A DNA stretch of 64,000 nt from the human T2T-CHM13v2.0 reference genome, Homo sapiens. The first letter of the stretch is position 1, and every line of letters starts with the position of its first letter. Shown here one piece after another: positions 28,083 to 43,132 of the stretch. Under the pieces are notes generated by a model that made no database searches, had not been told where the DNA came from, and saw only the letters and a program-made list of their open reading frames with translations. The stretch lies in assembly GCF_009914755.1 (NCBI RefSeq), contig NC_060934.1. One strand, written 5' to 3'. The position numbers and the translations under genes were made by a program.

Positions 28083-28699
28083 ACAGAGAGGAGAAAAGGG
28101 TCCCAAAGTTGACATAAAAGAGAAAAAATTATTTCTATTAATGGCTTGGTTGATAGCATTGATTTTTTTATTAATACAAATCTGATTTCCAATACTTGTC
28201 TACATATGAATTAAAGTATATGTGGGCATATCTCATCTGTTGATTAAAGTAACACTATGTTTGAAAGGGGTCTCTAAATATGGAAAGGAAAGTATTCTTA
28301 AAATGTTAAAACAGAAAAAAGGTAAAACACCACCACCACTACTTTAAAAATTACATATATTATTATACAGTAATCAAAAACTGACTGTAAATTAACTTTA
28401 TAAAGCAAATCTATCCTTAAAATTAAATTTTTGATCACTGCAGTTGCAAAAAAGAAAAATAGAAAATTCTCCAGAACTGAAATCCAGAATCTGACCACAT
28501 TTCACAAGGTATAAAATACATGCTATGCATTTAAAACTAATAAATACAAAACATTAAAAATAAAAGACTTTGCACTATTTTTGTCAATATATCAATAATG
28601 CCTCAGAATTACACATAATGATGGGCTTTACAGAATGAATGAATAAATGAAAAAATATTAAAAACTGATACATCTCAGGAGAAGTCAACAACTAAAACT

Positions 28700-29640
28700 T
28701 CACACTCATTCATCAGACAAAAATGTACTGAGCATCTACCATGCAGTCAGGGCTTATTTGGGACACCCAGGCTATAAACAGTAAACAGAGCACATTAGGT
28801 CATTTCAACTGCCATAGAGCTTCTACTGCTTATACTCAGGTAACGAATTAGCATATAACAACATCAGACTGCACAGTGCTAAGGGGGAAAGCAAAGCAGA
28901 GTAAGGAGACCAGGACTGACGGGGAGGGTGATGGCCTCTCTCCTAAGTCGACATGTGAGCAGAGATCTGAGCTAGAGGGAGCCAGCCACATTGGCATGAG
29001 TCAGCAAGGCAGAGGAGCAGGCAAGTGCCAAGGCCCTGAGACACAGGCAGGCTGAGTGTCTTTGAGGAATGGCAAGGGCCATTCTTGCCTATTCCAGTGA
29101 TAGGGCTAGAATGGGAGAGAAAAAGAGAAGGCAGCAGGAAATGAAGAAGAGCAGCATCAGGGGGCAGACCACATGGATTTTGGATTTTACTGAGATGACA
29201 TGAAAAGCCACTGAAGGATTTGGAACAGAGGAGCAGCACTGGTGACATTTTAATGACCCTGGATGCATGTGAAGAACTGCAGGTGAAAAGGTGAAACCAG
29301 GGAGAACGGTCAGGAGGCTATGGTGATGAACCAGCTGGTAATGGAGGACAGTGAGAGAAGTGCTTAGTTTCTGGACATATTTTCACAGCAGCACCAATAA
29401 AATTTGCTGATGGGGAGGTCATGGACGTTAGGGAAAGAGAGTCACTGATGATTCCAGGGTTTTAGCCAAGCAACTGGAAGAAAGGAGTTACCGTCCAGCA
29501 AGATATACAGGGCCAGGGAAGGAAAAGGTTTGGAGGACTTGGGGGTGAAGATATCATAACGGCAAAAATTCAAGGGACAGCATAAGGCGGGATGGATTAA
29601 TCTGAGTGTCAGCAGACAGCACTTAAAGCCAGGGCATTCA
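28700..29640 (-). mobile_element. L2 LINE 3' fragment
   Basis: cactcattcatcagacaaaaatgtactgagcatctaccatg (antisense L2 3' end) and ggattttactgagatgacatgaaaagccactgaaggatttgg. Confidence 0.7.
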
Positions 29641-30412
29641 CTTCGTCCTGGAAGTTCTGCAACACTGAGGCATCTCCAAGTATAAGATGTACAAATCCTA
29701 ACTTCCAGAAAAGTATAAGTTCAAATTTTAATACATCATTTTACTTATAATGAGGTATTCCGAAGGTAAACCATTTGAACCATTTAGTGTTTCTGTTCAT
29801 AAATCTTTCAAATGATACAATGTTGCCATGTTGACTTACTGATTTTTAAGACATTGTGCTGGCTCACATTCCTACATCCCAAAAGATAGAAATACAACTC
29901 TGCACCATAATTGAGAAACACCATGCTGTGACACCGAGAACAATCTACTCTCTATCTGTACCAAAAGGTACAGTTTAGTCTTTAAGAAATAGTGTACATA
30001 TGCTCCTTTAGTAATGGTGAGGAAAGATTTAGATTGGTTGATTTTGCATGTTTTAAAACAGTGTAGATATTTTCAGCCAAAAGCTAATGTTGAGTTAATT
30101 AGCTATGTTAAAATCTTTGTAGAAAATGGTATTGGTCCTACATTGTTAAGAAGGTTTCAGTTTGCCCACATAGTCTCATATATATATGAACTCAGTCAAT
30201 CAACCTTCATCTTTTTCTCTTAAGTACGTATGACATTTTTTAAAGAGTAGGTTCCTGATTCATACCTAAGGATTGCATATTTTCCCACTGTGTTTGGTAT
30301 TAAAATATTAATTAGTTTCCTAGACCACCCCCTAATCACTGGAATAACTATTTTTTGTAAATGTATTACCAAACTGTTATAACGCACTTTCCTTTTTTAA
30401 GAGTATAGATTT

Positions 30413-30781
<369 letters not shown>

Positions 30782-31455
30782 TTAGTAATTGCTTTAGTTA
30801 ATAAATTATGTGATTTCTTTAAGGTATACTATAAAATCACAGCATATTACTTTATAATTGGGACAAAAATGGATCACTCACAGCTGTAATATTCTGACAA
30901 ATGAAATCAACTGTAAATAAAAAATACACTAGCCATTCTAAAATGTAAAAAAGAAAAAAAAGTATCTATACCCATATTCACCCTAATAGCCAATATTACT
31001 GTACTTCCTAATTTATAGTTGCTTAATTCCTGAAAAGGGGAGGGAGTCATTGAAAAATTTCACCTATACATATACTCGCAAAGACAGTTTCACAGCTGAA
31101 ATCGGCAATCAACCTATGAAGACAATCACTTAATAGCAAAATGCTCAAAAACCTGGAAGATATCAATTATTTGTATGTTATCTTTTAAAAGCCATGGATG
31201 AATGTCAGATGAGCCACCTTCCAAGAAACAGCATAGCTGAAGAAATACTGTGCTAATAGTTGCTCCAGGACCAAACCCATTCTCAGCACAGAATCAGAGT
31301 TTTGCAATCTGCTCTGACTCACACAAACGTTCAAAGAGAAAACTTTACTACCCAGCAGGTGTCAGGCTGAAAGGTAAAGTGGCCACCTACACTGGTACCT
31401 CAGGAAGAATTTGCTAGTCATGCCTTAAGTCATATTAAAATAGAAGAACGACCTT

Positions 31456-32004
<549 letters not shown>

Positions 32005-33954
32005 TAGAGGGATAAAAAGAAAATACCTTTAAAATGTTGAGATAAATGAAAAATTGCTTAGTTGCTTAGAGGTAGTGCTGCATTAGGAGTGAAGGTACAC
32101 TTTTAAAAATGCCACACTCCACCAGAAACTCCTTCACAGAAAGATGCAGTGAGCTAATCCTGTCTTATTCAGAGCAGAATTGATTCTAACATGTCTTAAA
32201 TGTATGGCTTTCTTCATAAAGGACACAGCAATGTCTTCATTCAGCTAACGTAATCTCAAACTAATCTGCTAAATGGGTTTTACAATAATGCGTTACAAAT
32301 GAGATCACTGCTGTCTGCCAGATCAGCCATATGTACCATTACAGTCAACAATGATGGACAAAACCTGAACTGGAGGATGAATGGGGAAAGCAAAAAGCAA
32401 ACAAAATGACAACAAAGGATGACAACAAATTCTACTGTTTTTATAATGAAATAAATGTCATTGAAAAGTAACTACTGGCAAGTTTCCTTGCTATTAAAAC
32501 CATCATTTGGGTTTTCAGCAAAGCAACATAATTCTCTCTGCAGTATGAATACTATTGAAATATTTTACTATTTAAATAGTAATATTTCTGCTGCTACCAA
32601 AATTAGAGGTCTTTAGAAAAAAATTACACGGAATAATAATGCATAGCATCCTGCGATAAATAAAAATACAATTAATTTTGTAATGAATGTGTTTTTCCTA
32701 ATACCATACTTTGAAACATGATACAGTGTTTTTAAAAAAGTCTTAAAAATCTGCTGCCATATTTAAAAATAGATGAACAGAATATCCGGAACCAATTATC
32801 TTGTAAGGTTTAGCAATAGTCTTTAAAATAAGTTTTTCTTCAAAACACCCCACTGAAATGTCACCTAGAAATCTGTTATTTCTCACTGCTAATTACCTAG
32901 GTCTTCATGTCTAAGAAGTCTTTGCTACACCGCATGTCTATTTACCCAAAGAAATTTGTAGGTTATGTGATACTGCTTGGCTGGGGAAGAGAATTTAAAA
33001 TGAATCAAATATGAGTTCAATGTCAGCTACCAGAAGCCACATATCCTCTGCAAATGCCCAACTCCTGCCCTGGCGTGGTCAATATAGTCACTAGTTCAGT
33101 ATTCTGCCTTGTGTCTGACCCTCATTTCTACATATTTGCACTATCACATGATCCATTCTGTCCCTTTCTTCAGGAATTCATTTTTTCTTTCTGGAACTTT
33201 CCTGATGTTTTTGAAGACCATGTGTTTGTACAGCCATTGCATAACCTGTCTTTGACCATGGCCAGCTGTGGTAATGCTGTCATTTGTCCTAAAGATCCTT
33301 GAGAGATACCAGCTGCCCAATGAGCTGGCCTCAAGATCCTGTACAGCAAAAGCACATACCCTGTCCTGTGTCATTCCTGTGTCTCAATCCAGTTCTCTGC
33401 ATAGTCCAGAGCACATTATTCACTCAAATCAAAACAAACCCATGAACTTTTCATATCATTCCTCTATTCCTCTGAGTCATACATCACCTAAATGGTTTTT
33501 GATCCAAGTTTCTCTGGGAAACTTTTAATTGATTCTTGTGCTTTTTCCACATTCTTGGTGCAGAACTAACTTCCCTCAACCAATTACCCTGGTCTCTAAC
33601 ACAATAACAAACTTACTTTTGCTTAAAGTCCTAATAGGTAATTGCTATAGATTTTATTCAAAGGAAAAAAAATCTAGCCATATATCTTTGTAGATTGTCC
33701 TACTACACTCTTGTCCATATGCACTGAAGATGTATGTCCACATGTTTCTGAAAATCAAAGATTAAAAATCCCACTGCAAGCTAGGACAAGGGTTCAGTTC
33801 AGCTTGTAGCTAGTTTAAAAGGTCTTAATTGGTCTGAACTTGGATATGCCTAAGAGAAAATGAAATTCCAAGACCTATGAAGTTCACTTTGTGTAATTCC
33901 TAAGTGAGACATAATTATGCACTTGTTGAATGTTCTTTTGATTATTTAATTACA

Positions 33955-34150
33955 CTTAGCTAGAATTTATTGAATTCTTATTATGTGCTTTTATCTCATT
34001 GATTCCCACAACCAGCATGCAAGACAGGTGTTATCATCCTCATGCTTAGGGGAAACCTCAGTAAGCACAGGGGCTTGAAGGATTTGTCAGGTCATATAGT
34101 GAGTGAGTAGCAAAGCTAGAATTCATACCCAAGACACTTTTTACCACAGC
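33955..34150 (-). mobile_element. MIR fragment
   Basis: atctcattgattcccacaaccagcatgcaagacaggtgttatcatcctcat ... gctagaattcatacccaag. Confidence 0.6.
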
Positions 34151-34249
34151 CAGACACCTCATAAGCTTTAGGAACCAAAGACAGTGACTCTGTGCTCTCA
34201 TACTGAAAGTAGCTGGTTAATAAATCTATGTTTAAATACATGAGATAGA

Positions 34250-34370
34250 ACTGGGTGCACTGGCTCATGCCTGTAATCCCAACACTTTGCGAGGCCAAGG
34301 CAGGAGGATCACTTGAAGCCAGGGATTCGAGACCAGCTTGGGCAACAGAGCGAGGCTACCCTCTCCACCA
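34250..34370 (+). mobile_element. Alu left monomer (FLAM-like)
   Basis: ctgggtgcactggctcatgcctgtaatcccaacacttt...gggcaacagagcgag. Confidence 0.8.
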
Positions 34371-37300
34371 TCAATCAATGAGTAAATCTTGCATTGCCGG
34401 TGGAAATTAGGTCCAAAGGACATTGTTCCTGAATAGAACTTATCTCGGAAGGCCAGGGATTTGAAGGCAAGGTCAGGAACTGCTCCTAATCATTGCAAAA
34501 GATCAGAAAAACTGCCCACATACCCATTCACAGGATCCTGCCAACCTTTCTAAATGCAGTGACACTCCAAATGTCAAAATCATCTGTGCTGACATATGCA
34601 AATACTGTCAGGCAACAGCAGAAGCACGTCAAACTGCCCAAACCCATTCAGAGGGTAAAATAACAAGGAATTCACTGCATGCAGTTATCATTTGTAATGA
34701 CATGCTCATGGATTCTGGCCACATTTTTTGTACCTCAGCCTCCATTTTACAAATGGGAAAAAGGAAAAGAAAATAAGTCACTTCTAATATGTCCTTCCTG
34801 TACAGGATCTTACATATTTTAGTGTCATTTTAAGAAATCGCTACCATGAAAGAGTACTGATTTGCTCAGCAGTAGATTGTGGCAATGCTGGATGAATCAG
34901 CGAAGAGGAGGTTGATTATGAAAAGCAGAAAGCTCCTATTTAGGCAAAAAAGCATCTTGGTAATCAACAATGATGAGAGAGGAGCCTTAGAAAGGGTACG
35001 TGACAACTTGATAGCGCTTTTGTAAGACAGGATGCTGTTTTAAGTTGGTGGAGTTTGGCAGAGGTTCTCTTTAAAAGGAAATTCACAAACTTGAGAATAA
35101 TTATTTGATTGTGTACTTTTCATCAGTGCCAATCTGATTAGATTTAAATAAAATAAATTTGTATTGCTTGGCATCTTGGGAAAAAGAGGTAACTTTATTA
35201 TTATTTTTTTTTTTTTTAAAGAAAAAGCACCTTCTACTTAACCAAGCTAGAACAATCTTTAAATGTGCAATGCAACCTTAATGAATAACATATCCCTTTC
35301 AGGACTCCCATTAAATGTCCTTATAAGTGCACTCCTACTCCAGCATAGCCTGTGTTAGCTAATCAAGGATGCACTGATATGCCTCGTAACCTGACACTTC
35401 AGAAGTCCTAGAACCATATGGAACAAGGAAATATTAAAGCAATAGATGAGGAATTGGAAATAGGGGGGACAAAGGGAACCGAGCACAAAATCAATTTTGA
35501 CTTTACAAGAATCACCACAAACTCCACAGATCTAAAAATCAAACAAATAAACAAAAAACTGTGGGACTCAAATATAAAGATTTAAGAGAAATAAAAGCAA
35601 ACACAGTAATCCTTCAAAACACAAGATAAATACACAAATCACTGAAATAATACATATAATCTATACTTACAGCCATTCTAGTAAAATGAAAGAAGATGAG
35701 TGAAAGCATATCTTAATTATGATGCTGAAGCTTTTTGGACATCAACTAGCTGATAGACAAGAAGACATAATTTCTGCGGCAAAATATTCCCTCTTTGCAA
35801 AAGATATACCTTGGCTTGATGCACTTTATTTTTTTCAAATTATACCTACCCAGGTAATCAAACCACACTAACCCCATAACCCCAAATACCCAAATGCAAA
35901 TAATAATCACATTATATTTCTGTTTCCCCCAACTAAATTGACGTTATTATAAAATATATACAAACATACTATATATATACTTTAAATATAGTAAAAGCAC
36001 AGAATTCTGATTTTTCTAAATGCTTAATTTGGCATTGAAATCGGTCATGTCCACTTAAAATGATTTGGAGAGTGTCTTTCACACAACTACTTCTGTGGAT
36101 CCTTTCTTTATGACTATATTCCTAATTCTTGTGCTGTTCATTTTAATGCATTATTGTTTCATAATACAATACTACAAATTGCAAATTACATTTGGCTCAA
36201 GGAGTGATTATGAAAAATACTATCACTGCTGCCTTTGCTCAAATAACTCTGATAATAATGAGAGATTGATTGAGCTTTAAGCAGCTCAAGTGATGAGAAG
36301 GGTCAATTTGAACATTTCTATTAAGCTTCTTTTGTTAAACCCAACACTTTGCCAGGTCAGAGGCAAATAATCATACCCTACATCTGGTTACCATGGTTTT
36401 CCTTTTCCTAAAGCAAGGGAACAATTTAGTAAGTGGTACTGCCCTGAAGGCAGTCCCCATAAGAAATGCTAATGAGACCTAAGTCACAAAAACACATCCA
36501 TTTAAAAGGGCACTTGAAGGAAGAAAAAGGAAAAGGTGGAATGATATTTCACTACACACCTTTCTCTAGGAGGACAAACAACAGGAGGTATTCAGTAACA
36601 AAGATAATAATTCGGGTTGCCATCTGCCTACTTAATCAAATGGCTATCCAGGTTGTAAATGCTTATGAGGTAGTACAAACACACGCACAAGGTAAGGATA
36701 TCTTTGTTTGAGTTATAAACATCCACCCTCAATTAAATATGCATTGTGATTCAAATTCTATGTTTCAACTACTGACAGGAAGTGATACACATACATACGT
36801 TACAGCAACGGAAACACCTTCAAATATTTTCTTACCCTTGTATGTTCATAGAGCAGACGAAAGTCACAAAGACAGACAAATAATGTGATCATTAAAGTTT
36901 TGGGATTGGTGGTGGGGAAGCCCCAGGCTCTTTGCATAGCTTCTGGAAACTTTGAAAGATTAAAGCTTCCCTAAAGATCTCATTATCTGTAAAGTTAAGG
37001 TGACCGTCAGCACTTTTTTCTGTTGATTATAGGAAACAATTCCTTTTGATTCACATTTCTTAGCGAATGCTCTCTACAGAGTAAATTAAGAGGTGCAGAT
37101 TTTCTTTTTATTTATCTTTAAGTTAATTCGCATATTCAGATTCTACATTAGGGAGCTGACATGTTTTTAAGGCCCAATAAAGGGCTCTGTGGACAAACTG
37201 CTAAGAATTGGAAACTAAACCTAATTCTTAGAACAGGAAAGAAAAGATTCCCACAAAGGGAGCAGGTTCAAGTCAAGAGGCAAACACCCGCCATCTACCT

Positions 37301-37407
37301 GTGTCACAATGCCCTTTTGAAGAAAAAGGGACTAGAGGTCACATATTTGCTTAAAGTCACCATCTGTGCAGCATGCCTGTATCCTGGAGAGTTTAACACA
37401 CAGAGAA

Positions 37408-37545
37408 AGCTGGGCATGGTAGATCACGCCTGCAATACTAGCACTTTGGGAGACAGGGGTGGGAGGATCCCTTAGGACAGGAGTTCAAGACCAGCATGGG
37501 CAACATAGTGACACCCCACCTCCACAAAAACTCAAAAATTAAAAA
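37408..37545 (+). mobile_element. Alu left monomer (FLAM-like)
   Basis: gctgggcatggtagatcacgcctgcaatactagcactttggg...A-rich tail. Confidence 0.8.
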
Positions 37546-38735
37546 ACACATACAGAAAATGATGGCGAGCCACCAAAAAAAATGTCAATGGCTCTCTTCC
37601 AGAAAAGATCCTTCACTCTTTGTGCTGTGGTTTCTCTCTACCAGGATGTACAGCACTAAATATTATTTACGACTCAACTGTGGTTAAGAAACCATCTGAA
37701 ATCCTGGGGTGGGTGAAGCAGCAAGGGGTCAGAACACGGAGATGTGTTGTCTCATCTCCAGTCTGAATGCTGCTCATGTAAAAGGGACAAGAAATTCGGC
37801 AAATGTCAAACCACCACATTCTTCCTTATTTGACCAAATAGTTCAACAAGCGTCCAAATATACAACTTGTTGATTTGTGCACTGGCCTGGAATTCCTCTC
37901 ATCCCATTTCCATCTTCTCAGAACTGTCACGTCTGCACTGCCTGCTGTGTGGTCTCAGTCCCTAGACAGGCTCACTGGCCATCACAAGCAAGGGTAAAGT
38001 TCTGGGGGAAGCAGATCCTGTTTATCCAAGACGGAATCCTGGAACTGAAGGCAATGCTTCATCATTGCCTTCAGTCTCATTTTCTGAGTCTCCTCCAGTC
38101 AGAGCTGCTTTTGCAGGATATCATTATGTTGCTTTTCCCTGGCTGCAGGTGGAAACTATCTTGTCTAAACTAGTGTGTATACTCATGACGTATTAGCAAA
38201 ACTCACTTCACTGGGGACAGTATATACACAAATCTCAGCGGGTAGAAATAACCTATATATCTTTTTTTAGCAAAGGAGTTCAGAGACTCTATTGAGGAAA
38301 TAATTCAGGCATAATTAAGTTAAGGGTAGAAAACCCTGTGAAGAGGAACTTAGTGAACAACATGAGCAGACAGATGTACCCTGCCTTAAAATTTCAAAAG
38401 CCTTCCATACCCATTCTTTCATTTAGTTCTTAAAATTAAATGTGAAGAACGCGGAAAGAAGGAAAACTGAGGCTGATATGTTTAAATGCCAGAGGCAGTG
38501 GGGCAGGATGGGGCTGAGCTAGCTGGGTTGGGCAGGGAAGGCTAGAAAGTCTAAATCCCAAATTCTCTCTACTACAGTATACTTATCTCTCTCTGATTTA
38601 CCTCCACTGCTTTCAATGACTAGGTTCTTCATTTAGATTTACACATTAAGAGTTCATGAAGTAAACTATATTATATTTTAAAATAAGTTATTGATGGCCC
38701 AACTATTAGCCTTTGCACAAAGAACATGTTGGACT

Positions 38736-39012
38736 AGAGACAGGGTCTTGCTCTGTTGCCCAGGCTGGAGTGCAGTGGTGCAATCATAGCTCACTGCAGC
38801 ATCAAACTCCTGGGTTCAAGAATTCTGCCGCCTCAGCCTCCTGAGTAGCTGGGACTATAGGCACGTACCACCACACCCAGTTAATTTTTAAGTTTTTTGT
38901 AGAGACAAGGTCTTGCTATGTTGCCCAGGCTGGTCTCAAACTCCTGAGCTCAAGCAATCCCTGTCTCGGCCTCCCAAAGTGCTTGGATTAAAAGCATGAG
39001 CTCATACCTGAC
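38736..39012 (-). mobile_element. Alu (AluJ-like)
   Basis: Antisense dimer. Confidence 0.9.
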
Positions 39013-39524
39013 CAACTCATTATTTATTATACTAAAATTATATTAAAATGAACTTTATAAAGATCACTATGTAAGAATCTTTAACTAGACTATAAAATAC
39101 GTGGATGTGGGAAATGTAATTTGGACTCTTAAACGTCTACCAAAATGCATGATGTGATTATTTCTCAATACAGAGTAACAATCAGTACATGCTGATGGTG
39201 GATGGGCTTGAAAGTATCAGATATAAAAGTATCAAAGCATTCCATCTAAGTCCCAGAAGACAAGATCTAACATGCTAGAACAAGAATACTTTGGGGGATA
39301 ATTTCAAAGTAATCACAAGAGAGTTAGGCACCACGGCATGTTCCTATAATCCCAGATTCTTGGGAGGCTGAGGTCAAATGAGTTTGAGAACAGCCTGGGC
39401 AAAGAGCAAAACCATCTCTTAAAAACCAACCAACCAACTGACCAACAAACAAGACCCACAAGACTAAAAAGACACCTAGGTCACTACAACCAACATTAAA
39501 ACACCATGATAAACAGCCTCACTC

Positions 39525-39879
<355 letters not shown>

Positions 39880-40424
39880 TTATAATAAAACTACTGTATA
39901 AAAAATAGTAATAGCAAAGATAAAATGCAATCATTTTTTAAAACACGTAGCACACTGCTGGCAGAAATCATCACTGAATATGTAACAGACACTATTTCCT
40001 AACAAGAATATCTAAACATTCATCTCCTCCTCCATTTCCAGGTAGCTACTCTAGTCTACCTCAGTTTGGAAGCCCACGACCATTTCAGTGGTAGCATTTT
40101 CCATCATTTGTGGTCTGTTGTGGGTCTTTTTGGTTAAATGAAAATGATCTGGCCAGTGATGGTTAGTCTTGGCCAGCACAATAAAGTAAGGGTGGACAGC
40201 AGCCCAGAGTTACAAAGCAGCTGCACTTTCAGAGGCCCGAGGCCACCGGGCTTCAGAGCAGTGAGCTAGAGAGGCAGGTGCTGCAAGCTGCTCACCCAAC
40301 ATCCATTCTCTTCTTTCTCCTTACTAGTAAAACCCTGATGTGGCTGGGAGAGGAAATGTACCTATTCGGGATTTAAACTACATTCCCCAGCTTCCCTTGA
40401 AAACAGGAGCTGAAGATAAAAGAC

Positions 40425-40670
40425 AGTAGTTAAGAGCATGGCCTCTGGAGCCAGAATCCTGGGTTCAAAGTCCAGCTCTGCCTCTTCCTAGCATTATGCT
40501 GTTAACTGGCTGTGAGGGGCAACTCATTTAACCTCTTTAAACCTCAATTTCCTCTTTGGTAAAATGTAACCATCCTCACAGATTTATTGTGAAGATGAAA
40601 TGAATTATTCAGCCCTGTGTGTTGGCACATAAAAACACTAAATAAATATGAGCTATTTTATTATCATTGT
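40425..40670 (+). mobile_element. MIR SINE
   Basis: gttaagagcatggcctctggagccagaatcctgggttcaaagtccagctctgcc ... aacctcaatttcctc. Confidence 0.8.
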
Positions 40671-40799
40671 TATCCTTAATTTCTGGTTCACAGAAACTGA
40701 TGAGTGGCACTTCTGGAAAAGATCCAGAGAAAGAAGCTGACTTAGCTAGAGTTGTAACTCTGAGAGTTGTGACACTGAGGATAGAAACACATGTTAAGA

Positions 40800-41272
40800 C
40801 ACTCGCGTTCACAGCAGCCTTATTACAACAGCTAGCGTGCATCGACGTGGGAATGGATAAACAAAATGACGTATATACATACAATAAAATACTACTCAGC
40901 TTCAAAAGGAAGGAAATCCTGACACACACTACAACACGGATGAGCCTTGAGGACATTATACTAAGTGAAATCAATCAATGGCAAGAAGATAAATACCGAT
41001 TCGGCTTATATGAGGTAGCTCAAGTAGTCAAACTCATAGAGACAGAAAGTAAAGTGGTGGTTTCCAGGGACGGGGGAAGAGGGAACTGGGGAGATAGCGG
41101 CTGATGGGTACAGAGTTTCGCAAGACGAAAGGCGTTCTAGAAACTAATGGTGGCGGTGAAGTGCACAACAACGTGAGCACACTTACTGCTGCTGAACTAA
41201 ACGGCTTAAAAATGGCTACAGTGGTAAATATTAGGTATATTTCACCACGATTTAAAATGATAACAACAATAA
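40800..41272 (+). mobile_element. L1MB-like 3' end
   Basis: gaatggataaacaaaatg...aaaaggaaggaaatcctgacacac...ctaagtgaaat...aaactcatagagacagaaagta...ttaaaaatggctacagtggtaaat. Confidence 0.85.
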
Positions 41273-42859
41273 AATACAGATTAAGGATGGTTGAATAAAA
41301 AGGAGGTGGTGATGCTGACAACACTCTGAGGCGACCATATGATCTTTGGACTTCCAATCCCCAGACTTAATGAGAGAAAATAAAACTCTGGCTTGTTTAA
41401 GCCACAAGTATTTGAGTCTGTGCTACAACCAAGACAATTTCTTACAGATCAAGGCATGGAGATAAGCAAGCAAGGAGTGTCTGCTTTCATCTATTTGGCT
41501 TCCCAGTGAGAGAAAATAATACATCCTTTGTAACATCTTTGGAAATGCTCCCATCTTCAGATCAATACCTAACTTGTTCAGTCTTATAGTCCCCAACAAC
41601 TGATTTTGTCAGGATGGCACCCTCAAAGCCAACCCACAGTGGCCAACAGAGTGCGAGGAGGAGCCCAGTGTCTCCCAAAAGGCTAAGAGCAGAACTAATT
41701 GAGACAACTGCAAATAAACACCAATAGATATTCAGGCCAAGGCTGCTATTCCAGCTGACAAAGACTGTCAGTACTGAAGACAAAAGGAAAACAACAATCC
41801 ATGAGTCAGAACTGATTTTCATTTTCTCTTCATTGTTTCTGATGCTATTTGGGTACTCTCCAGTTGGTGATGGCTTCATGCACTTTCTATTATGTTGGCT
41901 GTTAATAAGAGCTTTCTCTCTAATCAGACGGCTGTCCACCAGCTGTATGTATAGACAACGGTGGAAGACACTTCTAAAGGGAGAGGTCTTTTCCCTTTGC
42001 TGACCAGACTAAATGGAAACTGGATAAAAATGTTGCTTTTATGACTCAGAGAATGTCTGTCTTACAAGATAAATAATGCTTAAAGAAATTCTGTCACATA
42101 GACAGGAGTGTAGCCAAAGAGTAAAGCATAGAACTTTGAGAATAAAAGATAATAAGACCTGCATGGATAAAACTAATTTGAATGTGGGACCTTCTGAAAA
42201 AGGAGTTCCACAGGAAAAATGCTATATAAATTTTTCTGTTTGTTCATTAAAATTAAGAAAGATAAAATCTTAGTGGTAACCCATTTAAAGACTGTAATGG
42301 TATCTAACTATTACCAAAATTACCAAACAATAGCTAACTGGTTACATGGTCTACCTTTTTAAAAATAATAATTAGTTCATAATACTTTATTACTGAAAAT
42401 ATAAAAGAAAATCAAAATTGTGTCACAGTAGGAAAAACATATAAGTCTACACTTTCCTGGGAAATACACTTTCAGAAATAATTCCAGTTAAAATGTTTCC
42501 GAATGCAATAACCGGAGAGTACATCATACACAGAGTGACTCACGAAATTAAAAATGCATGTACAAATAAAAAGTTCACATTAATAGTTTGAACATACCAA
42601 GGACTTTATGTCCCTTTGGATAGACATGAAAGATGGACACTGTTGCCCTGAAAAACAAAGATATCCACAAATCATAGTATATTACAATTTTTTTGGAAGT
42701 CATGGGAATAGAAGCATTCACGAATCTTGGAAAAAACAAACCCTGGGAAAACACAGTCTGGAAATGTATGCGAGTACATAGTGGGGGCTCCTGATTATGT
42801 GTTATAATGGTTAAATGTCACAATATTGGAAAAGAAAAGCTTCCTAAAAAGGTAATTTT

Positions 42860-43132
42860 GGCCAGGCATGGTAGCTGACACCTGTAATCCCAACACTCTG
42901 GGAGGCAGAGATGGGAGGATCACTTAAGGTCAGGAGTTCAAGACCACCCTGGATAACAAAGTGAGAAACCATCTCTACAAATAAATGAATGAATGAATGA
43001 ATGTGCATGCCTGTGGTCCCAGCTACATGGGAGGCTGAGGCAGGAGGCTGCAGTGAGCCATGCTTGCTCTACTGCACTCTAGCCTGTCCGACCTGGGTGA
43101 CAGAGCAAGATCTTGTTTAAAAAAAAAAAAAA
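42860..43132 (+). mobile_element. Alu (AluJ-like) with (GAAT)n in the linker and right-arm deletions
   Basis: Directly visible. Confidence 0.88.

Larger units (their letters stand above)
40275..41430 (+). mobile_element. MLT1J-like MaLR LTR split into three pieces by MIR and L1M insertions
   Basis: 5' piece cccaacatccattctcttctttctcc...actacattccccagcttccctt; middle piece gcacttctggaaaagatcc...gctgac; 3' piece gagagaaaataaaactctggcttgtttaagccac. Confidence 0.5.

Noticed and set aside
33050-33600. Overlapping short ORFs that look faintly coding (e.g. minus-strand WKKHKNQLK), possibly an ancient CR1 or Gypsy fossil
   Set aside because: Frames are broken by stops and I cannot assign a family by eye; a Dfam or translated HMM search would be needed.
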